A DNA stretch of 64,000 nt. Origin: Lama glama (Eukaryota). The notes beneath the pieces were generated by a model. The model was not told the origin of the DNA, made no database searches, and saw only the letters and a list, made by a program, of their open reading frames with translations. Positions 50,906-63,400 of the stretch are shown one piece after another; the stretch's first letter is position 1, and every line of letters begins with the position of its first letter. The position numbers and the translations under genes are program-made. The stretch covers positions 4,464,001 through 4,528,000 of the forward strand of contig JAPYYK010000086.1 in NCBI GenBank assembly GCA_028534125.1, given 5' to 3'.

Positions 50906-52961
50906 AAGAGGGTGGTTTGGGGAAACTGTACTTAGAACAGTGAGATACGGAAAGAAGCAATCTGTGGGGTCTTTATATACTCTCAAGGCATCCATCATCC
51001 TACAGCTGTAACTTTAGAACACATCTTAAATTGCAAGGAGGGCATCCCCGAATCTGCAAATCAATGGTGTAGTGAGCTAACCACCGCTTTTAAGACTGCA
51101 GTTTCCTAGCAGGGGATACAATTATTTACTTATTTATTTTTCACAAAAACACACACAGAGAAGTAATTAGACTAAAGACTTGCTAATCTTCTCTGGAAAA
51201 CCTGAGATGGTATTTAAAAAATTAAAGCCATCAACGCTACTATACTTGTTTCAGGAGAATTTACTTTCATTAGGCAGATGCTAACTCAAAACACAGAAAG
51301 GGCTCTATCAGGAGGACATTACGGGTGTCTTCACGTTTGATGCGACAGACACTTAATGCACGCCTTTACAAATAACTGTACTTAGACATAGTCTTTCTGC
51401 TCTTAAGTGGGCCATGATGATGTGTTTCAGCAGCTGGAAGTGCGTCCCCCAAACATTTCTGTGTAGACTGGAGGAGCCCAATTTGGGTCTTTTGTTTTCA
51501 TTCTAGTGCCATTCAAGCAGCGTGAATAGACTTTAATTCATACCCCCTTTGAAGTGGGAACAACGTAAATTTTGCTGTCTTTCTCTACAGAAGATTTTTC
51601 AAGGTGCCACCTTGCAGAGTTCACCCAACACATGCCTAGTTAACCTACTTTCATCTTTCCTTTAAATTAAGTTTCCTGCTATATACGTATTTATACTATA
51701 TATAAGATATATTTATATATATATGTAAAATAAAAAATGGGACCATCTTCTACTGTTTGGCAATCTGTTTGTATCCTCTTAGGAATAAAACGTGGGCATT
51801 TTATGTCTTACGTGTCGTTTCACAACCTGACATTTAACGTCAGTACAGTGTTCAGTCCTACAGCTCTGCCGTAATTTATTTAATGGGGTTAAGTTTTCAG
51901 GACGTAGAAAATGATCACTGTATTTTCCTACACCAAAGTAAAGACACTACTGTGGCTTGTACTGCCATGAGTCGAAAACATGAAAACCAAAAGAATCCTT
52001 CCTTTAGCGCTAAAAAACAAAACAAAACAAAAAAACCCCAGCTTTCTTCCATGTTGCTGTAAAACACAAAAATCAGATGAATAGAGATTACGTGCTGACG
52101 TAGGGGTTGAGCAAAAGTTGGTGCTGTTGCCTGGGCCAACACCTGGGCACAGAAAAGGGATGAGGAGGTAGCAGTGGGTTAGCCGCATAGATGGGTTTGG
52201 GCACAGAGATTTATATGCATCATTAAAAAGCACAGATGACCTAAAAATTCTTATTTCAGATGACAGTTTTTGTCACTGATGCCAAACCTTTTCTGCAGGG
52301 TTACTGGCAAAATCTTAACCTACCTGCTTTTCATTTTCCTTATGCCCTCTGAAAGACACACTAGGGGAGATTTAACTGGTTCCCAAATAGGTTTAACTAA
52401 GAATATTCCACAGACCGAATAATAAATTTGCAAATAATTCTCAGATGACTGTAAAATAAAGCTAAAAAAGATTATTGGAGACTATCAGGTCTTACAGAGC
52501 TACAGCCAAAGCAGAAGGAAACCAAAATCCAAAGCAGAAAGAAGAGCGTGGCAATTAAAAAAAAAAATACAAGAGAAGTTTGATGCCTGCTCTGTAAACT
52601 GGAGTCCACATTTCCCCAAAAAGTGAGCTTCCCTGCACCTCAATGAAGGTCATTACTTTCCTGTCACTCTGGGTTAGACGACGTGCACAGGCCAGGTCAC
52701 AGCAAGAGAACAAAATACTTCTACAGAATCGCCCATTCTCCACTCCTTTGTGGTTACGTCCATCGTGGCAGCCCTATCGGCCTCCCCACCTCCGCCACCA
52801 CACGTCCCCTCTCCAAGGTGAGAGGTGATGCTCACGCAGCATCACGAAGGGAGAGGCTTGGCTCACTCTTCAGTGACTTCGGCAACCATCACTGAGAACA
52901 GTGCGAAGAAAATTCTCTACCTGTCCCAGGAGGACAAGGAGGAAGAGAAACCAGGACTTAC

Positions 52962-53064
52962 TTTCCTAACGCGAAGCACTCCAGCTTCACAGTTGTTCCT
53001 TTCGCGGTCGGGACCGTTTCCGGGAACTGCACTTCTATTTTTGGCTCATACTCGCCCATCACCC
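52962..53064 (-). CDS. CNTN4: Contactin-4 internal coding exon (Ig2-Ig3 linker and start of Ig3): (G)[33 protein letters not shown](N)
   Basis: Manual minus-strand translation. Acceptor tttctccacag|GG, donor AA|gtaagt; 103 nt, phase 1 to 2. Matches recalled CNTN4 protein. Not in the ORF track. Confidence 0.96.
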
Positions 53065-54266
53065 CTGTGGAGAAACAAAGGAGCTAAGTCTTGGAGATTC
53101 TTTTAAAAACATACGCAAGTGTTTTTCTGTTAACTAGGATGCTCCTCTACATCATTATGTGTGCAATTAATTCCTTCACGGAAAGCAGATCCTTTCTCTA
53201 ACAGCCGTGAATTGTGGCTTCTCTCCCAGTTACTGCGAGAGGAGAATTTGTCTCACAGCACCACACCATCTGCCTGCGATTACATTCTCCATGTGCACAA
53301 CTTTGCTTCTCAAGAACACTTCTTTAAAAAGTAGTTGTGGAAGAAAAAAAGGAAGGGGGATAAAATCCTAGCCACCAGCAATACCAAATAAACAATTTCT
53401 TTGGAAACATACTGCAGTAAAATTTAACATACATTAAAAAATATATGCATGCTTTATTGCGTCTATATAAAGAAACTTTCCGAGTAATCAATTTGTGGCC
53501 ACAAATCACTGTATCTTTCATTTTTGAAGGCCAATCTGAACTAGTCATAAATTAGCCTACGCAAGGTAACACAAAATTCTTTTATTTTTATTATATTCTG
53601 AAACAGTGGCAAAAGAATAATGGGGAACAACTATAGAAAACAACCTTTAAGGTATACCCACCTTGCCAATGGCAGTAATGGCAAGCTTACCTTGAAGGGC
53701 ACATTCTCCCAATTTCCCATATCCTGGAAAATCACTGTATAGTTATAGCCAAGGTAACACAGCCTCAGAAATTAAGTCCATGCTTTATAACTAAATACTT
53801 ATGAATTATTTCTTATCAATACATTCTTGACGCTGTCTACCACTACAGCTAGGTCAGTATAGTGTTTTAATATTCATTTCTATTCAATTTCTAGTCATTT
53901 TCCATGCCCTCTGACCCAGCTGGGCCAATAAAAAGTTTGAAATAATCTAGCTTACTAAAAAAAGTGATAGGATCCTCCATTTTGTCTCTTCTTCAGGCCT
54001 CCTACAGTTAGAGGAATAAGAGACTGAAGGATTCAAAGGAAAAGGTTAAAAAGCAAGGGACAGATGGGGATAGGTACAATGACCAAGAGAAACACTTCCA
54101 CTCATTTGGCAGAGATGTCCCTTTTTACCTGCAGTTTCATAGCTTGGGAAGCAACACGAGGATTTCCTCCATGTGTTAAGAAAAAAATCAACCCCAAGAG
54201 TCAGATGATGTAATAGTCTAGCTAAGTTGGCTGGGATGTATGTTGTCAAAAGTGCAAAGTTGTACA

Positions 54267-54924
54267 CTATGATCCAGCAATCCCACTCTTGAGCATATAT
54301 CTGGAGGGAACTCTAATTCGAAAAGATACATGTACCCCAATGTTCATAGTGGCACTATATACAAAACCCAAGACATGGAAACAACCTAAATTCCATTGAC
54401 AGATGACTGGATAAAGAAGTGGTAGTATATTTATACAATGGAATACTACTGAGCCATAAAAAAGAACAAAATAATGCCATTTGCAGCAACAATGGATGTA
54501 CCTGCAGATCATTGTTCTAAGTGAAATAAGCCAGAAAGAGAAAGAAAAATACCATATGATATCACTTACATGTGGCATCTTAAAAAAAAGACACAAATGA
54601 ACATATTTACAAAACAGATACAGACTCGCAGATGCAGAAAGGAAACTTGTGGTTTCCAGTGGGGGGAGGGATAGGAAGGGATAAATTGGGAGTTTGAGAT
54701 TTGCAGATACCAACTACTATATAAAATAAACAACAAGTTTCTCCTGTATAGCACAGGGAACTATATTCAATACCTGGTAGTAACCTATAATGAAAAAGAA
54801 TATGAGAATGAATATATGTATGTATATGCATGACTGAAATAGTATGCTGTACACCAGAAATTGACACAACATTGTAAGCTGACTATACTTCAGTTAAAAA
54901 AAATGCAACCCCCTTCCCAAAAAG
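54267..54924 (+). mobile_element. 5'-truncated L1 (ORF2 C-terminal remnant, 3' UTR, poly-A)
   Basis: TATGATCCAGCAATCCCACTC (YDPAIPL of L1 ORF2), ATGGAATACTAC, cetartiodactyl-type 3' UTR ending CTGACTATACTTC plus A-run. TSD AAAGT(G/A)CAAAGTTG(T/A)ACA at 54249-54266 and 54925-54942. Confidence 0.93.
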
Positions 54925-55941
54925 AAAGTACAAAGTTGAACATTGTTGTTTGTTTTTTCCTTTCAGAGACTAACAGGGTGGGTTGGATTTTGGAGGCATC
55001 TTTGAGATAATCTGGTTCAGCAATCCTAATCTTGTCATTCACGGATGCACACTTTTCTGCAGAGGACCCATGCCTAGCAACCTATTCTCAAAAGGACTTT
55101 AACCGCCCCAAAATTAAAACCACAGTTCTAGTCCATCCCTTCTTTTTACAAGCAAGTCTGCAGTCTCAAAGAGGTTAAACAGTTTGTCTTTAGTCTCACA
55201 ACAGACTTGTGTTCAAGGTTGCAACTCTAGTCCCTGACTCCCCCTCCTCATATTTTACTCTGGCCTCTCACCACAGCAATGAATAACCCTCCAAAACTAA
55301 ATTCAGATACACAAAATCCATATTTGACACCTTCATATTCAAAACCATTCCTCCCTTTTTGGCCAATCTCTGCATTCTCTTGCACCCAATTTGGGTTTTC
55401 CTCCCCCTGAGCATTTGCCACAAAGCTGGACCATAAAGAGGCAGTGCTTGCTAACGCCGGCATTCACACACAGCTGCTGAACTTGCTAACAAACCGCTTG
55501 TACCATTGACTCATCATCCCATAAATATCAGTAGTATGACTCCAAGCTTAGGAACAAGTTAACACCTTTCAGTGCTGTGTGTGGCTGTGCACTCCCAGAG
55601 CGGTGTTAATTAGAAAAACAACTGCCGTGAGAGAAAGGAAATCAAGACAGTCTCCATCACAGTGTATCATGTGTAGAAGGGAGATGAGATGATAAGGTTA
55701 AAATACAACGGGAAAGGGGGGTCGCAGCCGTGATCAGGCTCCCTCCCACCTCCTCGTCCTAGAAACCTTCCATATACACTGGGTTTCTGTCCTAGTAAGG
55801 CCCTGACTCAAAGTCCACTCCTCCAGCATCCTGAACCCCTTACCTCTCTTCCCCTCCTCTCTATCCTTTTAATGACCAGAAACTATCAAACCTCTTTTGC
55901 CTCAGTTCTCACTGTTTCCCATGACTTCTTTTAAAAAAACA

Positions 55942-56828
55942 TGCAATGATTTTTAGTAAATTTACTGAGTTGCTAACCATCACCAGAACCATTTTGGAAC
56001 ATTTCCATCACCCAAATAAGACCCCTCATGCCCACTTACAGTTAATTCCCAGTCCCCGCCCCAGGCAACCACTAATCTGCTTTCTATTCCTAGAGATTTG
56101 CCCTTTCTGGACATTCCATATAAATGAAATCATACACTGTGCGATCTTTGGCATCCGGCTTCTTTCACTTGGCATAGTGCGATCACGGTTCCTCCATGCC
56201 GTGGTCTCTACTGGTAGTGTTTGTTCATTGCTGAATAGTATTCCACTGGATGGAGGACACCATTTTAGTCATCCATTCATTCACTGGCTCTAGGAGTGTC
56301 CCAGGAATGCTGTTAGAAAGAGACATAAACTAACTGGCTTAAAGCAAAATGAATTTATTCTCTCACAATTCTGAAGGCTAGAAGTCATAAACAAAGGTGT
56401 CGACAGGGCTGTGCTCTGAGACTTTGGACAGAATTGTTCCTTGCCTCCTCTTAGCTTCCAGTAGTGGCCATCTGTCTTGGTGTTCCTTGACTTGAGGCTG
56501 TGTCACTCCAATCTCTATCCATGTCATCACATGACTTTCTCTCCCCGTGTCTTCCACTGTCTTCTTATAAGGACATCGGTCTTATTGGATAAAAGATCCA
56601 ACCCACTCCAATACGACCTGATCTGAACCTGTTCTTTCCAAATATGGCCATATTCTAAGGTCCGGAGTTGGGGTAGTTAGACTTCAACGTATTTTTGGGG
56701 GGCACACAATCCAACCCCCAGTGCCAGCTGATGGGCACGTAGGCTGCTTCCTCTTTGGGATATCATGAATCATGTTTCTGTGAACATTCGCACGCCAGCG
56801 CTTATGTGGATGTGTTTCCATTCTCTTT
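55942..56828 (-). mobile_element. L1MB-type 3' end split by an MLT1C-like insertion
   Basis: CAGGCAACCACTAATCTGCTTTCT...GGCTTCTTTCACTT. Resumes at about 56724 (GATGGGCACGTAGGCTG...GTGAACATTC). Confidence 0.8.
56289..56723 (-). mobile_element. MLT1C-like MaLR LTR
   Basis: GGCTTAAAGCAAAATGAATTTATTCTCTCACAATTCTG...TCTTATAAGGACA...GGGGGCACACAATCCAACCC. Confidence 0.8.
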
Positions 56829-58711
56829 CATTCCCTATGACCTCTACGTGGATGACTCTTCTCTGGCTTCAGGTCTTGGCGCAAATGATGTCCCCTCTGA
56901 GAAGTGTTTTCTGATCATCTTGTCTAAAATGGGTTCCTGCTGTTATTTGGTATTAATATGTTCTTTCCTTTATGCTAATTACCACAATTCATAATTCTCC
57001 TGGGTAGATCATGTATTTATTCCGTCTTCCATCTAGATGGTAAAAACCCATGATGCCAAACAATACGTCTGTCTTTTTCATGCTACCTTTTATCTCTGTC
57101 TCTGAACTTAACAGGTGCTCAGTAAAAAAGTGCTGTAAAACATTTTACAAATAAGGCTCTGGGCACTCACGCGGCATCACTGTTTTCTATCATCTTTATA
57201 GCTGTTTGCAACCTTGCCATCTCCTCTGTTGTACCTTCTCTTCCTTGAGAAATGGAAGTACTTCTGCTTTCTTCTGTTCCTCACAAATCCTAGCTCGGTA
57301 CTAGGCATACAGAAAAAATTTCCATAGGTAGGCATTTGTGAAAGGAAGGAAAAGATACAGAAATGTGGCCCTTTATACTGTGCCACATGACAACCATGAA
57401 GTCAAACATGCACATCTTCCCAGGCATGAAGGTTGTGCTTTAAGTATCATCTTGGCTTTTTGTCTGAGTCCACTCACTTGAGATCAGGTTTCTCCTGAAA
57501 TGAGCCGTGTGGGTTATTTACACGGTCATATGAAGTGACTTCTGGGTGGACACAGTGATCTACATTTATGGTCATAAGAACTGAGTAACAGTTATCAGTT
57601 ATGATGCAGATAGACCTGTATTTATGGCAGTATTTACAGGACACAAAGATATGGATGAGAAATGGGATGGCATGGTTTTCACTGAAGTTTAAAGGATTTT
57701 TATTGTATAAAAAGGTTGTCCTAGGATTTCAGTCATTAAAAAAAACGAAGGAAGCCATTTTCTTCAAACACATTGTGAATATTTTTTGGAATGCCTGTGA
57801 ACTGTTCTATGTAATTTGGTTACATCTGGCACAGGCTACATTTTTATTTGACGATCTCTTTGATTTTTAAACAATTTTAGCCTTTATTTTTCTACATTAA
57901 ATTTTAAAAGCTGTTGCCTTTTTTATTTTTTAAGAAACGAAAGGCCCCGTAAAACAGGAGTGCATTTTTTCAAGTCATTCCTCTGACCACCTGCACACTT
58001 TTGAACTTAATTGGTCTACAGCTGCTCTGGTGATTTACAGAAATAATTAGGCAAAAAGAGTGAGGCCATTGATGGAGTTGTTCCAGAACCCTTTCTCCAT
58101 CTTCAAACTATTTAGAAACGTGGGGAGATACAAAAGCCTAGGTGTGTCTACACAGCCAAGGTAAAGCAGAAGTAAAGACTGCATCTCATAATAGTCAGGA
58201 TCAACCAGGAAATATAGTCTCAGCAATATTCCCTTTCTCCTGTGCAATATATACTTTGCCCACAGGGAAAACTCTTGCTTTCAGATCTAAATAGAAACAC
58301 CTACATCTTGCATTTTAAATATAAGGTGAAAAAAGTCTTAATTCATTAAAATACACTGTCGAGGTTTCCTCCTCTTTGGAGTGACAGCGCCACCACAACA
58401 ACGGTGCAAGTCCCATCACTTGAAATTTCAAATGTCAAAGCCTCCGGGAGTCAGGGGCTTAGTCATGTTTACACCCCAATGCATTCAACACCTATTCGCT
58501 TAACACCGACCACAGCCGCGCACTTTACCAAGCAATGCGGGCGTGGCATGCAGTACCCAGACCTGATCGCTATCTTCATGACATTTGTAGTTTCCCCTCT
58601 TCAGTGCATCACATAGCAATGTGACGTGTGCAGGCAACAATTAATTGTTTATGGAATAGCCGGAAGCGTTTATTCCCCAAGGAAGACATGTTAGAAATTT
58701 ATATTTATAAC

Positions 58712-58724
58712 ATATATATATATA

Positions 58725-58795
<71 letters not shown>
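58712..58795. repeat. Imperfect (TA)n microsatellite
   Basis: Direct reading. Confidence 0.97.
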
Positions 58796-58798
<3 letters not shown>

Positions 58799-58803
58799 TA
58801 AAC

Positions 58804-58946
58804 CAGTGTTGGCAAACTTTAAGTCACCTGGAGGGCTTGAGTTTCTGGTTTAGTAAGTTGAGATGGAGCCTGAGAATTTGTATTTCTAACAAGCTCCCAG
58901 GTGATGCTAACACTGCTGGTCCAGGGAATGATGCACTTTGAGAACT
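58804..58946. mobile_element. MER5A fragment
   Basis: TTTCTAACAAGCTCCCAGGTGATGCT...CACTTTGAGAAC. Confidence 0.75.
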
Positions 58947-60189
58947 TCCCCGAAGTAACTGTGAGGTGTGAAGCCAAAGCTAGAAGTTGTATCTCACATT
59001 AACAGACATCAGAGTCACTGGAAGGCTACCAGTAATAGGGTCCCACCAGGGACAGCGCCAATCAAGAGCCTGGATTCTGTAGATGACTGTGGTAATGACG
59101 GTTCCCCTTTCAAAACCTGAAAAATTATTAAGGCCAATGCTGATGTCTGTAAGAGCTAGAATGCAACAAACTCATTGCCAAATTACAGAATATAAAAGAG
59201 AAATCTGCTACGCACCATGCTTGTTTAACTATCATTTGCAGAGCGCTGTCTTGGCAGGAGGCCAGCCTGCAGAGTTTTGTGCCATAAGGTTTTGCCAACA
59301 CCTGCCTTAGCTGGAATCTGCACTTGCTAAATTAAACCACAGAAGGGACTGCAACCAACTTCCACAGAGTGGGATTTTTGACTGAAGAAAAAAATTGCAA
59401 AAATTGTCTTATGAACAAGTTCCCACATTGACTTTTCTTGAGGAATAATTCATATGATGTAGATTCCACTTATCTAAAAATATTTGGAAATATCCAGTTA
59501 GTCACATACATTTCTTTGGCTGAGTTCACCATTTTACCCTCTTAAAAAAAGGTTCATTTTGCCCTGAGTTGAAGGAGATGTGGGGTCTGGGGGGTTGTCC
59601 ATTGGATCTCCTCCACCACTACCAACCCTCTAATCAGTGAATTCCCAAAGAGTTTGAGGCAACGACTGTCCAAACAAGGACCTCCCTGGGGCTGGGAAGG
59701 AGGACGAAGGAAACTGAAGGTTGTACATCACTTCCTCCACTTGGGGTTTTAATGTGACTGCAGAAACCTGTAGGAGGTGAAAAGAAACCCCAAACCTACA
59801 TCTTTTTCCTTCCTTCTCAGTAGTTAAAGTGCAGAGATAACCTGAGCTATCCCAGAAGGCCCTCTCCCATAAAGGTAGAGTAACCATTTATCTGTGCTTG
59901 CCTGGAACACTCCTGGCTTCCGTGAAGTCCTGAGGTAATCGGCTAATAGTTTCCAGGTTGGGTAATTCATTACAAGATCATCATCTTTCAAGAAAAAGAA
60001 AACCAACTTTTGTCTTTTTTAGAGTAAGTACCTTTATGTTCGTCTAACTAAAAAGTTCTGTATATTGTATTGAACTAAACAATCTCTCCCTTTAATTTGT
60101 ACATGTTGGTCCCAGTTCAAGTCTTTGGAGCCACAAAGAACAAACCTTGAGGGACAGTCGCCTGATATTTAAAGATATTATCATGTTGT

Positions 60190-60402
60190 CAGAGACTGGC
60201 AAAGTTATTTTCTGCAAAGAGACAGACAGCAAGGATTTTACTTAGGTTTTGGGACCATACAGTCTCTGATTCAACTCTGCCACTGTAGATGAAAAGCATA
60301 CACAGACAATATGTAAACAATGGAGCATGGCTATGTTCCAATAAAACTTTATTTACAAAAATGGTGGCGAGCTGTTGTTGGCTCCCTAGCAGGCTAACCC
60401 CT
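60190..60402. mobile_element. MER58A-like hAT-Charlie element
   Basis: TCAACTCTGCCACTGTAG...GGCTATGTTCCAATAAAACTTTATTTACAAAAA...AACCCCTG. Confidence 0.8.
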
Positions 60403-63400
60403 GGCTTGGAGAAAATGGGGAAGATAGCATAGTTTGAGAGAGTCGAGAGAATGAACAAACTACAGAACTGACAAGATTTCAGCAAGCTTGCCAAATGCTG
60501 AATCACATAGAAGTCAAATAGAGAATGAGATTAAAATAAAACACCATTTACAATAGCAACAAAAATTACACAGACTCTGGGAATTAACCAAGAATATCCC
60601 ACATTTTTATGGAGAAAAATGTTAAACTTTATTTAGAAAAGCAGGTTACCAGCAAGCTTGAGCTTTCAGGAGGGAGTTTGCCAACTCCTGGTTTAAACAG
60701 ACACTGTATCCACTGCCTAGAATTCTTATCCTCTCTGTTAGATTGGCCAACTCTTTATGGAAGTTGGGGCTGATTCCCAAGCCTGGGCTAGGTTTCCTTA
60801 CACACAAGCTGTGATTCCACTCACAATCTCAAGGACCTTCACTGCTCCTTGGTAGCTCTTAGCACAACTGAAGCTTAAATAAATCTGCTTTCATTCTTCA
60901 TCCTCCCCAATTTGGATTCACTCCTGCCTCAGATTACAATTCAGCTCCTCAGCTAGACTACTACTTGTGAGGACACAGAAAGACTTTCGCATCCCTAGTG
61001 ACAAATATAACAAGAGTCACTCAATGAACATGGGTTGATTAAATGTATAATCAAATGAATGCCCAAGACATCTCTATTCTAGTCTGGACACCTCTGCTGC
61101 CCTCTTTTATTTCAAAGCCCTCTGTCTGTAAATATGTTTTCTGAAACTCAATTCAATAATTCCAAGAAGAACGAAACTTTAGACCCTTCACTAATTTGGA
61201 GTTCTCTAAGACCGAAGGCCCCTGAGGGCTGAGATCTTTTTATTTTATAGTGTACTACACACAATGGATACTTAACAGATGCTTCCTTACTGATTACCTA
61301 AATGACCATCCAAGACCTTTGGCCCCCCTGGACCTGAAATGGATCTGACTATGCTAGAGGTCTAAAGCTGACTGCCAAGTTCCTAAGCTTGTCAAGTCTT
61401 CAAAATATCCGGACCATTAAGACACTATTAAATCAGATTAGCTATGGCAGTTTAGCAAAACATCTCACATCCTTCAGTCATTTAGATGTTCTCTTCATAA
61501 AACATGTTGTACGCCCACAGATCCTCAAATGTGATGTTGTTAGGGAATTAAACATGATTGCTGGGACAAAATCACACAAAAGTTGTAATTAGAGGTGAGA
61601 GAAAAATAAAGCAATGTGTTTTGGTATAAACTATGGATCTTAAGAAACATAAAATTATGCTCAAGTCAAGGGCATTATCTCTGCCTGTTGCCAGGCAGAA
61701 GCTTCATCCTAGGTAGTCTAAAGGCTAAGTCATCAAAAAACAGTTGTAGATCAAGTTTACAGTAAAAAAGAGATCCCTTTCATGACTGGGTTTTTAATCT
61801 GATGGCAAGGTTAATTAAGTGGCCTCTAACTGAAACTGATCTGTTCAGGAAGACACATGGTGGTTAATGTTAACACTCACTTGAAGGATCTAACCCAGTT
61901 TGGGGAAATATTGGGAAAGTTTACTATGAACAGGTGGTAGTATCATAATGGAGAATACATTATACTGCATTGATAATCCAGAATATTCTAGAATATTCTA
62001 CTTTTCCCTTTTACATTTTTTAGTGTTTGGAATGTTGAGAGGAATGTAGTATTCTGAACCACTAGGATATCTAATGGCCACAGAGGCAAAGGATCACAGA
62101 ATGGTCCATTATGGCCTGAAAGACTGAATGCACCTAGTTTTGCACTAGGATTGGGTGGTAGTGCTAGGAGGACACCCGATCCAATGCATCTGTGTGTTGT
62201 GTTGTGTTTGATACTATGTGCTGTGTGCAAACTTTGAGGTTGGAGTGGAGTAAGGTACAGAGTTGTGACCGGAATCCTAGATGACAACTAGAAGGACCCT
62301 CCAATATAACTTATTGTAAATCACATATTTTTATAGCTAAGAAAACTGAGGACCAGGGAAACAGCATGATTTGTCTCACGTGACTTAGCGGTAGATCCAG
62401 GACTACTTCTCAGAATCCTATGATGTTTTTCCTTCTTGACTTTTAGTTCTGCCCTCCTTTTACTGCATCCCAGGTGACGCCACAGCAAATAGGATGAAGC
62501 TGGTTGGCACTGACCCGTAACACACTCTCAATCCTGTGTCGAGCACAGCTATCTGGTCCCACCTCAGGCTGCTCTGAAACTGCAGGATGCTAAGGTTCTC
62601 AGCTGGTCTCTTGTCCAGGAGCTTAAAACTTGACTTAAGGTGAGAAGATTAAGTGCTTTGATGCTGACCTTGTTCAATGCTTTCATAGCTAAACAAAGTT
62701 AAACTTGGGGAAATGGGTCAGGACTTAGAAAAATATGGTCAGTTATTTTGGTTATATTTGAGAATGTACATTTTTAATAATTTAAATTTATACTGAAGTA
62801 TAATAAGCATTCAAAAAAGTGAAGTTCGCATTTTAACTTTCAAAGACAATATATCTAGTGTATATAAAACTATGTATATTTACACAAACGTATATCACAT
62901 ACATATATGCTTTTTAATGTATACAAATATGAGGATGGAGGAGGGAAAGAGAGAGAGAGAATTTGAAATTCTAAGGTGGAACAAATCCTTTGTTTCCTGT
63001 TTCCCTAGTAGCTCCTCTATTTAGAGTTCTAATTAGGGATAATATCCAAAACTATTTAACAACCAATGTCCAAAGCAAGGACCCATCAGATAGACACTGG
63101 CTGTCAAGTGTTCAACATCTGTCTTGGTTCTAATAAGCAAAATAAAGAACTGCCAAACGAATCCCCAGGCAGGCTCAAGGAAAACACAGAAAAAAGGCAA
63201 AGGCCATACGATAAATTTTCACGCTCGATTATGTACCTGTGAATACAAAGTACACAAACAGCTTCACACCATGGTCTCATTTTCCCAAGACGGTCCTATT
63301 TTCTGCGAATTCTCTTCTGCTTTAGCCATTTTAGAGCAAATCGGGGGTAACGGCTAAAGACAGAAAAAAAACAGCCATCACGATTATCACCTAAGTCTAC

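Noticed and set aside
54267-54867. Minus-strand ORFs of 148, 62 and 86 aa
   Set aside because: They are antisense readings of an L1 3' end.
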